From Dipteris shenzhenensis (Eukaryota): a stretch of DNA of 64,000 nucleotides. A model generated the notes under the pieces. It was not told the origin of the DNA, made no database searches, and was given only the letters and a program-made list of their open reading frames with translations. This document shows positions 10,844 to 22,300 of this stretch, piece by piece; position 1 is the first letter of the stretch; the number at the start of each line of letters is the position of its first letter. The stretch is from the NCBI GenBank assembly GCA_047967505.1, contig CM106538.1, one strand, 5' to 3'. A program made the position numbers and the translations under genes.

Positions 10844-13770
10844 TGTTGAGAGTTGTGGTGCCATGAGCACTTGTAGAGCAAAGGTATGAGTAAAGGGCAA
10901 GCTGCCACATGGCATGGAGGAGATATCCCACATGTGAGTAAGCAAATGGATGTAAGTACCCTCACCTATAAAAGGGAGGTTCATTTGAAGTAATATCAAT
11001 CAAGCACTTTGCACTATCTCAAGATTCTCTTTATGAGTCCAAGCTAATCTATCTTGGAACCTAATTGACTTGAGGTACATGTCATGAGCACTCTCTTCAT
11101 CATCTTTGCATGTAGGTTGCATCCTCCTTAGATTAGTGTTGTATTAGAATGTTGTCTTAGTGACTAAAAGAGTACGATCGTCACTTTGTCATGGTATCAG
11201 AGCTTAGGTCTAGTCTCCTAGATCAGTTATAGGCTTACAATAGGAGTTCATGGGTTCTCCCAGGTTAATTTTAGTTTTTTAGTTGTAGATGGAGAGTGTT
11301 GTTCTTGAGTGTTCTTTGTGAGAGAATTCCGTCCATGAAAATTTGAGATATTTCCGTTCTTGTGAGAGAGATTTGAGAGAAGAGCTTTTGAGAGAAGGAT
11401 CTAAGCCCAAGCTCCTGCATGATTACAGCAGCCCACTATGCTTCATGCCAAGCCCACTACGACAAGGTCTCCTACTATCTGCAGCTCTATTCAGCTCATG
11501 GGTGCAATGCTCTACCTATGACTAAAGCCTCACGACTAGCCCTTAGCAAGCCAGAACTAAGGCTCTAAAGCTCCTCAAGTCTATAATGACCTCTAGCCTC
11601 GACTCTCTGCAATGATACACAACGCGGAGGCAACAGTCTCCTACAACACTAAGGCAGATGAGCTCCATCTGCAAAATAGTCGAAAGCTTTAAAGAAAGCT
11701 CCGAGCTCCATTGACGGCTCCATCACACGTGAGCACACGGGCTCACGATAGCTCTCAACCTCTCAGCTCGACCAGCGAGCCTCTGCATCAATGTCCATCT
11801 CCAGATTGGCCAGCCTCTCCAAAGCTGACCTCTGCCAGTAACTCCAAGCCTCACAGGCCAGCCCGAAACTATAGCGACTCTAGCGAAGCCAATAGCTCCA
11901 TCAAACATCGCTTCTCTGATGATGTAGCACCTTTGCAACCAGCCGGATCACCACGTTCCAGGAACTCGCCAACAACTCCCCACGGCATTGCCGTCGTCGC
12001 TGCAAATTCTCTGCAGCCTCAAAGTTTCTCTAAGGTGTAACCTTAAGACATGTGGCAGATAATAACTAACTAGGGTTAGTTAGAAACATCCTTGGTTGAG
12101 TTTGTGGTCACACTATGGTTAGCTCACCCTTGGTCAAATGGGCAACCTTAAGGTTAGTTAAGCCACATCAGCATGCATAGTCAGCAGTGCCTTCTAAGCA
12201 CACAGCCTCTTGTTAAGCACAGTATGGAATTCAGCATGTGAATCCTTGTGCCACATCATGAAAGGCTCTCTTCTTCACAAAAACTTCGACAAGGCGTAAC
12301 TTGCAATCCAGAATGAATTTGGACACGCTCCAAAAAGGAAAAGTGATCTTCTTTTTGAGCTCTACACATATGTTAGATCAAAATCATTGTATGCAATTAG
12401 ACAGTACCAGATTTGAAAGTATCTTCAACTGGTAAGACCTTTGCAATGGCAATACGCACCCCAACTATTGAGAAGTTCACTGGGGAAGGATTCCACACGT
12501 GGTCCACACAAGTGAGATATCTCCTGATGCATCAAAAGCTTTGGAAGACTGTGAAAGAAGAAATACCCACTGCACAAAATGATGCCTGGAAGGAAAAAGA
12601 CGAAGCGGCACTATCACTCATTGGTTTGCACTTGGGTCCAAACATAATTCATCATATAGACTCCAAGGATCATGCCAAGGATGCATGGGATGAGTTGAAC
12701 ACAGTGTTTGGTGCAAAAGCCAAAAACCAAGAAATCCATCTTAAAATTGAATTCTATGGAATGCACATGGGCTTCAATGAATCCATGGTACAATTTGTCA
12801 ACAAAATCAAAAGCATTATGACCCAACTAGAAGGCATAAATGCAAAAGTAGGGGAGAAAGATGCACTTGCAATTCTCCTTAAAAGCATGCCTACAAAGTA
12901 CAGTGCATTGACAACCACTTTGAAGAATTTGCCAAATCCAAAGTTTGAGGAATGTGTATCCTCTCTTCTTGAAAAAGAAAGAGAGTTGAAGGCATCGACA
13001 TCGACATCGACATCGACATCTACACATAACAACTATAATAAAGAACAAGCACTATATTCAGTAAAACATTAGTGAAGTGCTACCATTGCAAAAGGATGGG
13101 TCACTATCAAAGTGACTGCAGATTGAAGAACAAACCAAAGTGTCACCATTGCAAGAAGCTGGGACACAAGGAAGAAGATTGCAGATTGAAGAACCAGCAA
13201 GTCAACTACGTGGAGTCATCAGCAAGCCATGAGCCAAAAGGTGACATCAATGGAATGTATTGAGAAACCCAAAAAAAAAACCTTGCCAACCTTGCCTATA
13301 TTTTGTAAATCAAAACCTGACCACTTGAGAGTAGCCATGAAAGCACCCAAGGGAGGATTTGATCTTGTAACTCACATCTAACCACCTTGCAGTAGCCAAA
13401 GGATCATGGCACCAAGGGGAGGTGTTGAGAATTGTGGTGCCATGAGCACTTGTAGAGCAAAGGTATGAGTAAAGGGCAAGCTGCCACATGGCATGGAGGA
13501 GATATCCCACATGTGAGAAAGCAAATGGATGTAAGTACCCTCACATATAAAAGGGAGGTTCATTTGAAGTAATATCAATCAAGCACTTTGCATTATCTCA
13601 AGTTTCTCTTTATGAGTCCAAGCTAATCTATCTTGGAACCTAATTGACTTGAGGTACATGTCATGAGCACTCTCTTCATCATCTTTGCACTTAGGTTGCA
13701 TCCTCCTTAGATTAGTGTTGTATTTGGATGTTGTCTTAGTGATTAGGAGAGTACGATCCTCACTTTGTCA
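10844..13770 (+). mobile_element. Nested non-autonomous gag-only LTR retrotransposon (TR-GAG-like)
   Basis: 348-bp LTRs 10844-11191 and 13423-13770, TSD CCAAG (10839-10843/13771-13775), PBS 11192-11203, PPT ~13414-13422, gag but no pol. Confidence 0.95.
12413..13263 (+). CDS. gag: Copia-type Gag with two CCHC zinc knuckles; frameshift/stop at ~13070
   Basis: IEKFTGEGFHTWSTQVRYLL...AKDAWDEL...LLKSMPTKY; CYHCKRMGHYQSDC and CHHCKKLGHKEEDC in the overlapping ORF 13072..13263. Confidence 0.9.
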
Positions 13771-13775
13771 CCAAG

Positions 13776-16700
13776 GTGGTCAATCCAACGGTAATTGAGG
13801 GAATTTTCATGGTAGAGGAAATCATCGTGGTGGACATTCTAGTCATAGTCATTTTGCAAATGAACATGGGAATATGTTTCTAGCAAGTGAGGAAATGCAT
13901 CAAACTGATATAGTGTACCTAGACACTGACTACAATCTCAAAGAGGATTTAAGCTATCAAGTCGACCAAGCCGAACATGATCCTTGGTATATCGACATCG
14001 GTGCATCATCTCACATGACAAATCATCAGGAATGGTTCACAGAGATGAAACCATTAGAAGGTCAGAAAAATGTCATCTATACAGCACATAATGCACCTAA
14101 TCCAGTTCAAGGGATAGGTGTTATACCTATGAACAATTTCACTAGTACGAAAGGATTGGTGAAAGATGTGCTCTATGTTGCGAAGCTCAATAAGGACCTT
14201 TTGTTAATAAGTCAAATGATGGAACACAACTATCGAGTCATCTTTGACGGAGATGAATGCACTATCAGGGACAAATCCATAAGATGTCTGCTAGTAGCAA
14301 AAGTTGTTAAGGAAGGACACTTGTATAGAATGCTAGCTAAAATATGAGATAAGCATGCTTTGTCAGCTCAACTGCAACAGATGCCACTATCTGCAAAATG
14401 GCACAAGAGATATGGTCATGTCAACTTCAAGTACTTGTTAGATCTCAGGAATCAGAATATGGCAATTGGGATTTCGAGGCTATAGTTTCTTGGAAAAGAT
14501 TGTGAAGCATGCTGCTTCAGCAAATAAAAGCGTACCGAATTTGTTAGAAGTACCTCTCGTGCATGAGGTATTCTTGATTTAATTCATATAGATGTATGGG
14601 GTTCGCAGCATCAATGGTTCAATTTACTACCTGACTTTCATCGACGACTATAGTTTCAGCATTAATGAGCTTTTGCAGAAGTCATGGCATTCAAAGACAA
14701 TTCACTTGTGCATATACTCCTCAGCAAAATGCAAGAGCTGAAAGGAAGAATGGGACTTTAGCAGACACTGCTAGAGCAATGCTTAGTGAGAAGCATCTTC
14801 CGAATCAGAATTGGGCAGAAGCAATAGCGACGGTGAACTATTTGCTTAATCGGATTCCTACTAAACCACATCGAGCATCTCCGCATATTTGGTTGCATAG
14901 CATATGCCCACATACATGATGATCATTGCAGGAAATTGGATGCAAAGTCATGCAAATGCATCATGGTAGGCTACAGTGAAGAAAGCAAAGCATACACATT
15001 GTATGATCCCATCAACCGCAAGGTCATTATCTCTAGAGATGTAATCTTTGATGAGGAATCAAAATGGAAAACCTCACCTACACAGGAGATAGAAGCATCA
15101 ACTTCACAGTGATCTACAGAATAGGCTAATGAAGAAGAGCAAGAATTGCTAGCAATACCCCAAGTATAGCAATAGTAACTCAGACGGTCTACTAGGGAAA
15201 GCAGACCACCAATCAGATTGGCATATGCTTAAAAAGGCAAAGCAATTCAGGTTGAAACCACCAAATATGCTCTTATGACTACCATCATTGCTACAAAAGA
15301 GCCAGTGCACTTTGAAGATGCAATAGACAAGCTAGAATGGCAAACTACTATGAATGAAGAAATGGATGCTTTGAATAAGAATAATACTTGGGAATTATGT
15401 GACCTTCCACCAGGAAAGAAAGCCATAGCAAACAAATGGGTTTACAAAGTGAAGTACAATCTAGATGGAAGTATTCAAAGATACAAAGCCGGCAGACTAG
15501 TTGCAAAAGGATTTGCATAGCAATATGGTCAAGATTATGATGAGACTTATGCTCCAGTAGCAAAGATGGATTCCATATGGTTCTTGATATCATTAGTGAC
15601 ACTCAACAGATGGAATGTGTACCAGCTCGATGTCAAGAATGCATTTCTCGATGGTTACCTAGATGAGGAAGTCTACATGCAACAACCAACATGTTATGTT
15701 GAACCAGGAAAGGAGAATAAGGTTTGCCATCTCAAGAAGAATCTCTATGGCTTAAAGCAAGCACTTAGAAGTTGGTACAGTAGAATCGACAAGTATTTTG
15801 CTGATCTGGGATACATGAAGTCCAATACATATCATACTCTCTACTACAAAGTTCAAGGGAAAGACATCACTATTGCACTTTTGTATGTAGATGATCTGAT
15901 TGTGACCGGAAGACTTATTTGCTGCAAAGTTTGACATGAAAGATCTTGGACTTAATGCACTATTGTCTTGGAATTGAGTTTTGGAGGAATTTAGTAGCAC
16001 ATTCATGAGTTAGCTCAAGTATGTTGATGACAGTCTCCTGAAGAAGTTTCATATGGTAGATTGCAAGATTGCAGCCACTCCCATGGAACATAGTTTGAAA
16101 CTTACTAAAAATTCAGAAAAGCCTATAGTCAATGACAAATACTACAGGTAGCTCATTGGATCTCTTTATATATCTGACTATTACACAGCCATTATGTAGT
16201 AAGCTCACTAGCACAGTTTATGGCAAATCCAAAACAGTCTCACTGGAATGCAGCCAAAAGAGTCTTGAGATACATCAGAGGTACAAGATAGTTTGGGATA
16301 GAATATAGAGGAAGTCATCCACAGCTGCATGGATACTATGATAGTGACTATGAGATCATGAGACCAGGACATCGACATAGGGATATGCATTTTTCCTTGG
16401 TCAAGGTGCTATATCATGGTTGTCAAACAAATAGCCAACTATTTCTCTGTCTTACACTGAAGCAGAATATAGAGCACTTATTATAAGTGCATGTGAGGTG
16501 ATATGGCTTAGAAGACTATTGCCAGAAATAGATTACTTTGATGAGTCAAAGCCAACAACAATATACTGTGATAATCAATTGGCTCAAGCATTGGCCAAGA
16601 ATCCAGTATATCACTCCAGGACAAAGCACATTGATGTCAAAGAGCACTTCATCAGAGAAAGAGTGTTACTTGGTGACATCATACTGCAGCATTGTGATAG

Positions 16701-16815
16701 CAAAGAGAATGTTGTAGACATCTTTACCAAACCACTCGGTAAAGAGCTTTTCGAGAAACACCGATTAGCTCTTGGTTTGACGCAGAGGAAGGAAATTCCC
16801 ATTAAAGGGCTGTGA
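13776..16815 (+). pseudogene. pol: Copia pol (PR-INT-RT-RH), many stops/frameshifts, partial integrase deletion
   Basis: ORF fragments 13874..14347, 14665..14919, 15275..15520, 15566..15934, 16498..16815 in canonical Copia order. Confidence 0.93.
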
Positions 16816-16869
16816 TGGAATGTAATGCTCAGTCCTTCTTCTGGACCCATCTTCTCCCTTCTCTCCCTC

Positions 16870-18245
16870 TAGCTTGCAACTGATGTCCGTGCGACTCCTT
16901 GACTCCCTATGGATGCTTTCCTATCACTATGGCTTCTATTCTTTAATACAATTTGAACTGCTTTTGCAAGTTCAGATGCCTTTTCCTTTTCAGACTTCAA
17001 AGTCCTACCTAGTAAACATCTAAAAAACCAGTCAAACATCTCATGCAATGCATTGCTATGAGTGGCACCACCACCATGCCTTGAGTTCTTGAAGTAGGCT
17101 TCCTTGGCTATATAGTGCGACTTCTCCATGCCTTGTGTATTCCAAATCGACAATGGGACAAAATTCTGTACAAACCATGGTCCGTCTACATAGAGAATAT
17201 GCTGCAAACATGACGAGCCATGTTTCAGCAACAAAAACAAAAAGTAATAAAGCAAGTGCTGAATATTATGATGGTGATAAGATTACCATGGACTGCATAA
17301 TGTGCGGCTCCCCCCATGCTTTCACCATTAATTGCATAAAGTCTTTTACAACCATCCTGAAACTTTCATAATACATCTCATCGATTTGAACTTTTGTCCA
17401 TACTTTAGCTCTCAAAGTTGCTACTTGAGGATGAGAAGCCTTATTGGTTGTGCATTCACACAATGCTTTCCAATATTCCCAACCCAAGTTGCTTTGAGCC
17501 AATGTATATTTATCTTTATTAAGATTGTGGTTAGATAGGGATCTCCTTGCCTTCGCTCCACCCATGGAAACTTTGGCAAGAAGATTCTGTGTTGCCCCAG
17601 GCATTTTCTTATCCTCCTTAAGTTTGACCCATGGAATCCCATCTCTAAGAGAAAATTCTCAGCTTTTGCAATGCACCGTGTGGATACTTCTTGCAAAATT
17701 AATTTCCAAGCATAAACAAGATGCAAATACAATAACTTATCAAGTACATGCAGTTCTGCATGTAAAGTACATATGTGTACTCTCTCTAGTGGGATGGGCA
17801 ATATGGGATCCCACTTTGGATCCTTCTTGTCATGATTGGGAGCTTATGTTTGGCTACAAGATAGAATGTCATTCTCTGATTGTAATCCATCCTTTTGCTT
17901 ATGTTGCAAACACATGCAATAAAGACATGTGAACATTGCATTTGCCCTGTATCACAACCATGCAAGTAATTGAGGGTTTTCAAATCACCAACAAGATGCC
18001 ATTCAACTCGAAATGTTCCATGTCCATCTACTATCAGTGTTTTCCCTTCCTCTTGTCTTCAAATTGTTGATGGGATTCCTATTCTATTTAAGACCCACTT
18101 CAATGTCTCATGGCACTCTTTCAAAGTCTCAAATGTTGTAAGCCACCATATATGTTTCTCTAATTGCACTGAGAAATCTTGCTCTACTTCAATGTTAATA
18201 ATGTTTTTCATTTTCTTGCTATCACTCGGAAGATTAGGTATGTAG
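16870..18245 (-). pseudogene. DDE transposase remnant resembling the RAG1/Transib/Chapaev core
   Basis: FRVEWHLVGDLKTL...GANAMFTCLYC (D + CxxC, across a frameshift), VHICTLHAELHVLDKL, HILYVDGPWF...SIWNTQGMEKSH...FKNSRHGGG. The layout D..CxxC..LHAxxR..H..E matches that fold; the family call is from memory of motifs. Confidence 0.6.
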
Positions 18246-18549
18246 GAGCAAAGGGGGCTTCTTCTTAGCTCCCTTTAGGCAAAGACACAACTTTTTGGCA
18301 ACTCCTGGATAAGCGGGAATATAAGAGGAGGAACACAATTCCTAGACCCTCCTTGCGAAGTCAGCCCAAGAGAATGGTGTGGCACGTCCCAAGACTACCC
18401 ACAAAGGAAACCTAGACTCCTTGAACCTCGATAGCTCAACGATTGGAGAACCAACAACTGAAGCTCTACGAGAGTTTCAAAATATGAGCCCAGAGCTTTT
18501 AGGAGAGGTGTCGCCTTCTAGAATAGGTAAAACAGTCTTTGCCCAAATA

Positions 18550-19380
18550 GACAAATGATTTCTTGAAGAATCAGTTGATGGTTAGAGTCTCATGCACTAG
18601 TCGGATTCCTATCTGGCCCTCGTCCTCCTACTGCTTTCCTTGAGAACTAGTTTTGAACCAACTGGAGTCACAGAGGGCTAATAGTTGCCAATGTTCGTTT
18701 CCTTAGATGAGGGTATTTTATCTTTCTGTTTGAAAGAGCTGATTTTATGTCGAGTTCTACATCACGGGCTATGGAGAACAGTCCACAATCAACCTCTTTG
18801 TCTTGATAGATAGTCGCCTTCCTTCAGCCCTAATAATCCTAAGTCCACTATTCTATCAGTCTAGGTGGAGTTTCTTGACTTACCTTTTTCTCTTTGCAAC
18901 CAGTCGCGTTGCTTTGCAACAGCCTAGGAGAGATGGTAAGCATTTAGCTTGAGAAGTTTATTAATCGTATGGAGAATCCCTAGGTATATGTTCAATTAGA
19001 TCTTGTAGAAGACCTCCCACAGTGACTATAGTAATCCTCAACCATAGAGGTGGTGTTGTTAGGGAGCAAAAAGTTCTTTACAAGAACCTACCCCATTCAT
19101 GCCCTTTGTGATGTCGGATCACACTGTAAAAAATTATCCTTTGAAAAAAACCAAGCCCAAAGTTAACTCTAAACCCCCACAGGTTCCCAGGGAGAAAAGG
19201 GTCCCTAAACATCCTGAAGATCTTGAGCGCCCAGCTAGCCCATTGAAAATGAAAGGTGACAAGAGTATTCAGTCTGAGTCTACTCTAGTACTTGATATTC
19301 CCATGTATAATGCCTACGAGGCATCCTACGAGGCATTGACAAAGTTGCTACCAGAAGAAAAACCCTACATAATAAGATAA
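18550..19380 (+). pseudogene. L1-clade LINE ORF1 remnant (DUF4283-like)
   Basis: Manual translation HALVGFLSGPRPP...NWSHRGLIVANVRFL.*GYFIFLF...SPSFSP...VEFLDLP. Confidence 0.65.
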
Positions 19381-20149
19381 TATATAAATACTCTCAAAGG
19401 GAGACTCTCTTTAACATGAGAAGCACTACACGTTTCAAAGTTACTCTCATAGAATTTACAATCAATGCTACTTCAATCTCTTTCCCTCTCCCTTCGAAGA
19501 GAGTTGATTATATTAATTTATTTTAACCTTTTGAAATTTCAAACTTTACACACTTTACAAGTGGAAGCCTTCATCAAATGGATCTTTTAACTATGAGTTT
19601 CTAAACCCAAAAGCATCAAATTATGTTTAAATAGGAGACCTCCTATATAAAAATGATAAAACAAAGATGAGATGAAAGTTTGAAGACAAACATTCTTACT
19701 TAGATAATTATAAAATTACATAATAAATATGTTAAAGATTGCTTAGTAATATATTAATAAAAAATACTTCAATTTATAATTTAAAATCCTTATAAACAAA
19801 ATAAAAGAATATCTATTTATCAAGATTTGTAAAAAACTCATTTATAACAGCACGTACCCTCAATATAAAAGAAAGGAAAAAGAAGTCCTATATAATAAAT
19901 TAAAGCTTATAATATTAATACAAATATGGATGAACACTATAATTTATTTATTTATTTTGAGCAAAAAAAAGGTATTTGTATTATATATTGATCAAAATAT
20001 ATACATTCATAGCCAAGTGTATAGCCTTAGTAAGAGTAAGACTTTTCCAGATCATGACAAAACAATAGATAGCAAACATAGAAGACTTCATTCTAATTCT
20101 GGATCAGATTTCTGAGTCTGAATTAGATTTGTAGTAGATGCTTCCTTTA

Positions 20150-22300
20150 AATTGACATTCTTCATTAAACACTTTGAGATCTTCCTGCTCATGATCACGT
20201 ATCTTCGAGAAGAACCCATGAAGATCACCCAGGAGGCCTGTTAACCAGTCTAGCAAAAAGATGATTTGTGTTAGTAACATTCTGGATGAATTGAAAATCG
20301 TTTCTTGAAATCCAAATAAACCACAAGGCGTGTGCTCGAAAAAGTGCCCAGTGCGAGTGTTAAACTTTTGCTACATTACCAAAAAATATGGCTTTCAAGT
20401 TCATTGGCTCTCTTAGCTACAAATCTAAACAATCTTCTAGGACTCTTTTGGCAGATGAACATGACACAAAGAGATGGAAGACATCTTCTTGAATCCCAAG
20501 ACAATGCCTACATTTACCATCCCCTTTTCCAATCCTCAACCCCCTCAAATTGGTCCAAAGCACTTTGTGCAAGATAAGCCATAGTAGAGTAGACATCTTC
20601 TTAGGAATAAAAATTGTCCAAGTGTAAAAAAATACCCTTTTCCAACATTGAGAGGAGTTGGAGGTATTCCATCTAGCATTCATGATGAGAATCATGTCGC
20701 CTATGTCCTCAAAAGGGATAGGCACAAGAAGAAAATGAGGTGAGAAGATCCAACTAAACTCTAAGGAGTAATTTAGAAATGACCCCCCCTTCCATTGGAT
20801 GTCCCCATCCCAAAGAGAGAATCTGTTAGTGACAAAATGAGCTTCCTAGTCTATATGTCTGAATTCCCTTCTGATTTCAAGCATAGTTTTCCATCTAAAG
20901 TGCTCACTGAGCCAAAGTTGTCCCCATGATTTCAAATCCTTGTTAGACAACATCCCATGTCTCTCATGGATTGAATTAAGAAGTCCCAATCAAGCTTGTC
21001 ATAGGCCTTATCAAAATCTACTTTAATAAAGAAAATATCTCGATCGGAATCCCTAGCATATTCATTGACCTCTCAAAAGTTGACAATAGCCTCCAAAATG
21101 TGTCTTCTCTTTATAAACCCCTTCTATTACTGTAGGATCAACCAGTGTCCGTCTTATGCTAAATCTTGAGGGCTAATGCTTTGGCAAATATTTTATAATT
21201 GCAGCTAAGAATGGTGAGCGGCCTCCAATTTTTTATGACATCTTTCCTGCCTTCTTTGGGAATAGGTTTGATTATACCACTATTTGCATGCTGAGCAACC
21301 AACTAGGCTTTCCTGCCAAACCTCTAGGAGCCTGGGACCAACCTAATCCCAAAAGGATTTGTAAAACTCAATAGGAAGACTATCTTCTCCTTGGGTTTTG
21401 TCATCCTTCATAACTAGAACAACTTCCTTGAGTTCCTTCAGAGTAAGGGGGGCCTCCGAACTCTATAGATCAAGTCCATTGACAACTCCTTGCCTAGCTA
21501 ACTAGTACCTGGACAAAAGCTTCCTAAAATGACTCCATATAAAATAATTATTTTTAGTATCTGATTGTGCCCATCTCTTTTAACTAACTTCAAGCAAAGG
21601 AATTTCTTTATCTTCTCTTTTCTTGTGAATGAGCTTGAAAGTTTCTTTGGTTGGCCTATCTAACTTGCCTACCCACCATCTTCTAGTGTACAGACTAGTT
21701 GCCGAGTACTTTATGTGTTCGAGTCTTACTAGCTCAATTCTTGACAAGATGTAGCTCAAAATGAGATTGAAGATCTCCATTGCACTCCTGTGCCTCTAGG
21801 TTTTCTATTCGCTCTTTGACAACATCCATTCTCTTGCTACATACCCTGTCTCTGAATTTTCTAGCCTGTTTTAAGACTTTATGAGTTTCTAGCACATTGC
21901 TTATCCAAAAATTCTACATCTAATTCATCAGTGCATCTGGGGGTAATCCAAATGTCTTTGACTTTGCGTTGCACCATTCCTAGCTTGAAAAGGCTAGGCT
22001 CAGCCTTAAACTAGGAAGAGGACTTGCTTCCTGAGCCAAAATCACATGTAACCAGTAAAGGTTTGTGATTGAAAATTGTGAGGGTAGAAAAAAACGTACC
22101 ACCATATTTAGAAGTGCTTTGAAGAAGAATCTGAGAGAGGTAGGCTCTGTCCAACCCGGCTTCTCTTCTTAAATCTCCTATCTGTCTATTAGACTGAGTT
22201 AGGTCCCCTGCACAATTCAGGTCTACCAATACTAGAGAGATCGCCCCATGCCTAGAGCTCAAAACCTCTTAGAACAACGCCTTTTCCAAGCCATCTGTCT
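20150..22300 (-). pseudogene. L1-clade LINE ORF2 remnant (endonuclease end, RT, zf-RVT)
   Basis: LDRAYL..NHKP (EN), KNWRPLTILSCNYKIFAKAL, FIKVDFDKAYDKLDW (RT), CRHCLGIQEDVFHLFVSC (zf-RVT). Confidence 0.9.

Larger units (their letters stand above)
6578..16815 (+). mobile_element. Ty1/Copia LTR retrotransposon (decayed; 3' LTR not found; hosts nested element 10844-13770)
   Basis: LTR TG...CA 6578-6843, PBS tggtatcagagc 6844, gag from 9899, zinc knuckle YCHKFGHYERDC, protease WYIDIGASSHMT, integrase AYTPQQN..AERKN, RT YQLDVKNAFL/LYVDDL, RNase H IYCDNQ..HSRTKHID. Confidence 0.92.

Noticed and set aside
13060-13080. Programmed frameshift or readthrough in gag
   Set aside because: No slippery heptamer is evident and there is no pol downstream; a mutation is simpler
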